DNA of 25,203 bases from a virus. Its lineage: Duplodnaviria > Caudoviricetes. How positions within the stretch are numbered: position 1 is the stretch's first letter; every line of letters starts with the position of its first letter. The notes beneath the pieces are model-generated. The model worked only from the letters and a program-made list of their open reading frames with translations. It made no database searches and was not told the DNA's origin. Shown here one piece after another: positions 22,938 to 25,203 of this stretch. The stretch is from positions 1-25,203 of the IMG/VR virus record IMGVR_UViG_3300044448_001990; one strand, written 5' to 3'. The position numbers and the translations under genes are program-made.

Positions 22938-25157
22938 TCATAACCACTCCATTAAACTCTGTTGTTTCTTATCAATCACCGTAATCGGTGGTTTCTTCCT
23001 CACCCATTCGTTAAGTTTAAACTTCTGTAATAGTCCTGATATAGTGTCCCAATAATATCTTATATCTATTTCTTCTATATCTTCTATACTATCTTTTAGT
23101 TTATACCCTTCGAGGGTCTTACAATAATAGTAAGTGGTGCCTTGCGCAGGGGTCATACCTATCTGTTCACCCTGTTCTATCAGTTTCATAATTAAATCTG
23201 TCTCTGATTTGTATTCATCCTTTTCTCTTCCTTGTGACTTACGCATAACAAAATCATCTAATACATATGCATCTAAAGAATATAAGTCTTCGATAAAACC
23301 ATTATCAATTACGTTTTTCATTCTTCCTTCGATTAATTTTTCTAACACTGATAAATAAAATTTAGAACGAGAGGTAGCTTTGAATGTGCTTCCATGTTTA
23401 GTTAATGAATCATCTTCGTTTCTAAGAACATAATTTCCTACTTGGAGCCAGACCCCTTCTTTAAAATAGTCTTTATCCATCTCAATATGCTCAGGCTCAG
23501 AGTTAGGAATAACATGTTTCAGTAGTCTCCTTAATCGGTTTGTTAACCATTGTTCATCAACATCCACATTAGTATTAATCCCATCAGTGTGTACATATAC
23601 CACAGCATCTTCGCCATATCTGCCACGGATGATATCGACGCCTGAGAGTAGTAACCACCGCGCGATAGCTGTGATAGATACACCCACGCCCATATCACCA
23701 TAGCTGATATAAGGATTAGCATTTGCCCCATAGAAAGTATTCACCATTATTTTAAGAGCATTTGATTTGCTCTTATCTTCTTTCGTTGAGCTAAGCTTAT
23801 AAGGCTTTCGCATTTCCTTAAACTCATGACACATATTATATAGACAGCTCTTCTTAGACTGGTCTATTTTAATCATTAGTCTTTTACCCACCTTGTTATC
23901 AGGCACATAAAGTATATCATCTTTGAATTCTACTTCATTGATATAGTCATCATATCCTATAATTTCTGTGGTATCAGGACCAAGATTAAGCGCCATTGCG
24001 ATTGAGGGATAGTAAGAACTAAAGTCTACCTTTACATTCTTCTGATGGAAGCCCGGTCTATATAACTCAATGTGTGCAGCTTGATAGTTACCTTTATCTT
24101 CTCTAAATATCTCAGGGTGACGTTCTTTATTTCTATCAAGCGTTACTATGCCTTGCTCATACAAGCTCCTACCTTGTAAAATTTTGGTAATATAACTTGA
24201 TGGAGCATTGACATATGTTGCCAGTGGAACGCATAAAGTCTCAGCGATATACTGGATTTGTGGAAAGTAGTGGTTATATAAATACATTGTAGCATCTACA
24301 TCGCTCAATACGTATTCATTTATTTCTTCCATTGTATAGTCTAGAAGTGTGTGCTCTTTAAAATCGAGCTCAATAGGTTCTAAACCAAAGTTCCTAGACA
24401 CGCTCTTCAGGCCTCTGGGGATTCCTGATAGGGAGTAATCGAGTCGTGTCCAGCGCAGTAAATCGAGGACTATGCGCCCTCCAGCGTTCATTGTCAATTT
24501 CTTTTGGTCTTGTGGGGGTTCCCATCCCCACTCACTGTTATCTCTGTTAAGTATCTTTTTATAGCCTTTAAGTCCATGATAAGACGCTCTATGTAGGATT
24601 TGAGGTATATCATACCCTACAAGATTATAACCACATATAATGTCAGGGTCATAATCATGAACAAATTCTGCAAATTTTAGAATAACATCTCTGTCATCTT
24701 CTCCATCCCATAGTAATACTTCGCGTTTACCACAGGAGGTAACCATACCTATTGCTACAACAGGGTATTTCTCTCCGAAGGGAAAGGAACCGTCAGGTGA
24801 ATGGGTCTCAATATCAAACACCAAGCATTTTAAATCATCCGTATTAGGGAACTGACTAAAAAAATCAGGATGCTCTATCAATAACCTTTCAAGTAAGACT
24901 TCTCTACCACCCTCAAACAAAGCGTTATGAGGTAGTATATCTTTACTAGGGATGTAATGGTGTTTAGATAACTTAACAGTATTATTAGATGCAATAGTCT
25001 TATACTCATCACCATCTCCGTTTGGTAGATAGTAATAAGGTTTATAAGGTGATTCTACTGCTTCAGTATCACTGTTACGGAATACTTTTACCTTTAATGT
25101 TCCATCCCTCAGGTCGATGGTTCTTTTATTTACAGTTGCTATAAGGGGAACTTTCAT
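22938..25157 (-). CDS. polB: Family B DNA polymerase with 3'-5' exonuclease and C-terminal PIP box
   Basis: ExoI FDIET, ExoII GYN..GYD, ExoIII YVLSD, motif A DFSSYYPS, motif B KIMVNTFYG, motif C YVHTDG, terminal QQSLMEWL. Confidence 0.95.
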   Translation of the reverse strand: MKVPLIATVNKRTIDLRDGTLKVKVFRNSDTEAVESPYKPYYYLPNGDGDEYKTIASNNTVKLSKHHYIPSKDILPHNALFEGGREVLLERLLIEHPDFFSQFPNTDDLKCLVFDIETHSPDGSFPFGEKYPVVAIGMVTSCGKREVLLWDGEDDRDVILKFAEFVHDYDPDIICGYNLVGYDIPQILHRASYHGLKGYKKILNRDNSEWGWEPPQDQKKLTMNAGGRIVLDLLRWTRLDYSLSGIPRGLKSVSRNFGLEPIELDFKEHTLLDYTMEEINEYVLSDVDATMYLYNHYFPQIQYIAETLCVPLATYVNAPSSYITKILQGRSLYEQGIVTLDRNKERHPEIFREDKGNYQAAHIELYRPGFHQKNVKVDFSSYYPSIAMALNLGPDTTEIIGYDDYINEVEFKDDILYVPDNKVGKRLMIKIDQSKKSCLYNMCHEFKEMRKPYKLSSTKEDKSKSNALKIMVNTFYGANANPYISYGDMGVGVSITAIARWLLLSGVDIIRGRYGEDAVVYVHTDGINTNVDVDEQWLTNRLRRLLKHVIPNSEPEHIEMDKDYFKEGVWLQVGNYVLRNEDDSLTKHGSTFKATSRSKFYLSVLEKLIEGRMKNVIDNGFIEDLYSLDAYVLDDFVMRKSQGREKDEYKSETDLIMKLIEQGEQIGMTPAQGTTYYYCKTLEGYKLKDSIEDIEEIDIRYYWDTISGLLQKFKLNEWVRKKPPITVIDKKQQSLMEWL

Positions 25158-25203
25158 CAGTCGTCTCTTTCTTTAGTCATACCACGTTGTTCGGTTACTG
25201 AGT
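25157..25203 (-). CDS. 3' end of upstream gene (partial)
   Basis: Open frame ...SVTEQRGMTKERDD*, with TGA overlapping the polB ATG (TGATG). Confidence 0.5.
   Translation of the reverse strand, partial: SVTEQRGMTKERDD

Larger units (their letters stand above)
1..25203. mobile_element. Segment of a tailed archaeal virus genome (Magrovirus-like Caudoviricetes, probable long non-contractile tail)
   Basis: A tail module (tube, chaperone with frameshift, TMP, tail tip) converges on a replication/metabolism module (PolB with PIP box, AEP primase, class II RNR, GT4). No cellular housekeeping genes are present. The host assignment is inference. Confidence 0.85.

Noticed and set aside
16744-23731. 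Short nested ORFs within or opposite nrdJ, primase, polB and the small genes
   Set aside because: They are shadows of confident - strand genes with no independent support.
16292-25157. Inteins or introns in RNR and PolB
   Set aside because: Both proteins have normal length and contiguous motifs.
1-25203. CRISPR arrays, tRNAs, integrase/att sites, DGR repeats
   Set aside because: No regularly spaced repeats, cloverleafs, recombinase or reverse transcriptase were seen, and intergenic space is minimal.

Overview
This is a 25 kb segment of an AT-rich tailed dsDNA virus (Caudoviricetes) that most likely infects an archaeon. The evidence is a family-B polymerase ending in a PCNA-binding PIP box, an archaeo-eukaryotic primase with a PriL-like C-terminus, and TATA/BRE-type promoters. 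The gene set resembles Magrovirus-like viruses of Marine Group II Euryarchaeota (inference). The + strand (1-15329) is a siphovirus-type tail operon: two tandem paralogous tail-tube-like genes, a tail assembly chaperone with a -1 frameshift site, a tape measure protein, two very large Ser/Thr/Gly-rich tail proteins and a hub-like protein. The - strand (15330-25203) carries PolB, two small beta-rich Sm/SH3-like proteins, a GT4 glycosyltransferase, a degenerate HAD phosphatase homologue, primase and class II RNR. Two clusters of tiny translationally coupled, mostly Lys/Arg-rich genes flank the RNR, and five of these genes are missing from the ORF track. The best leads are a family of basic micro-proteins with a shared KK[STA]TK motif, a possible virion glycosylation module, a strand-specific 19-bp GNRA hairpin RNA, dual tail-tube paralogs, and strong avoidance of CCWGG and GATC. 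All family assignments come from motif recognition by eye; no searches were run.
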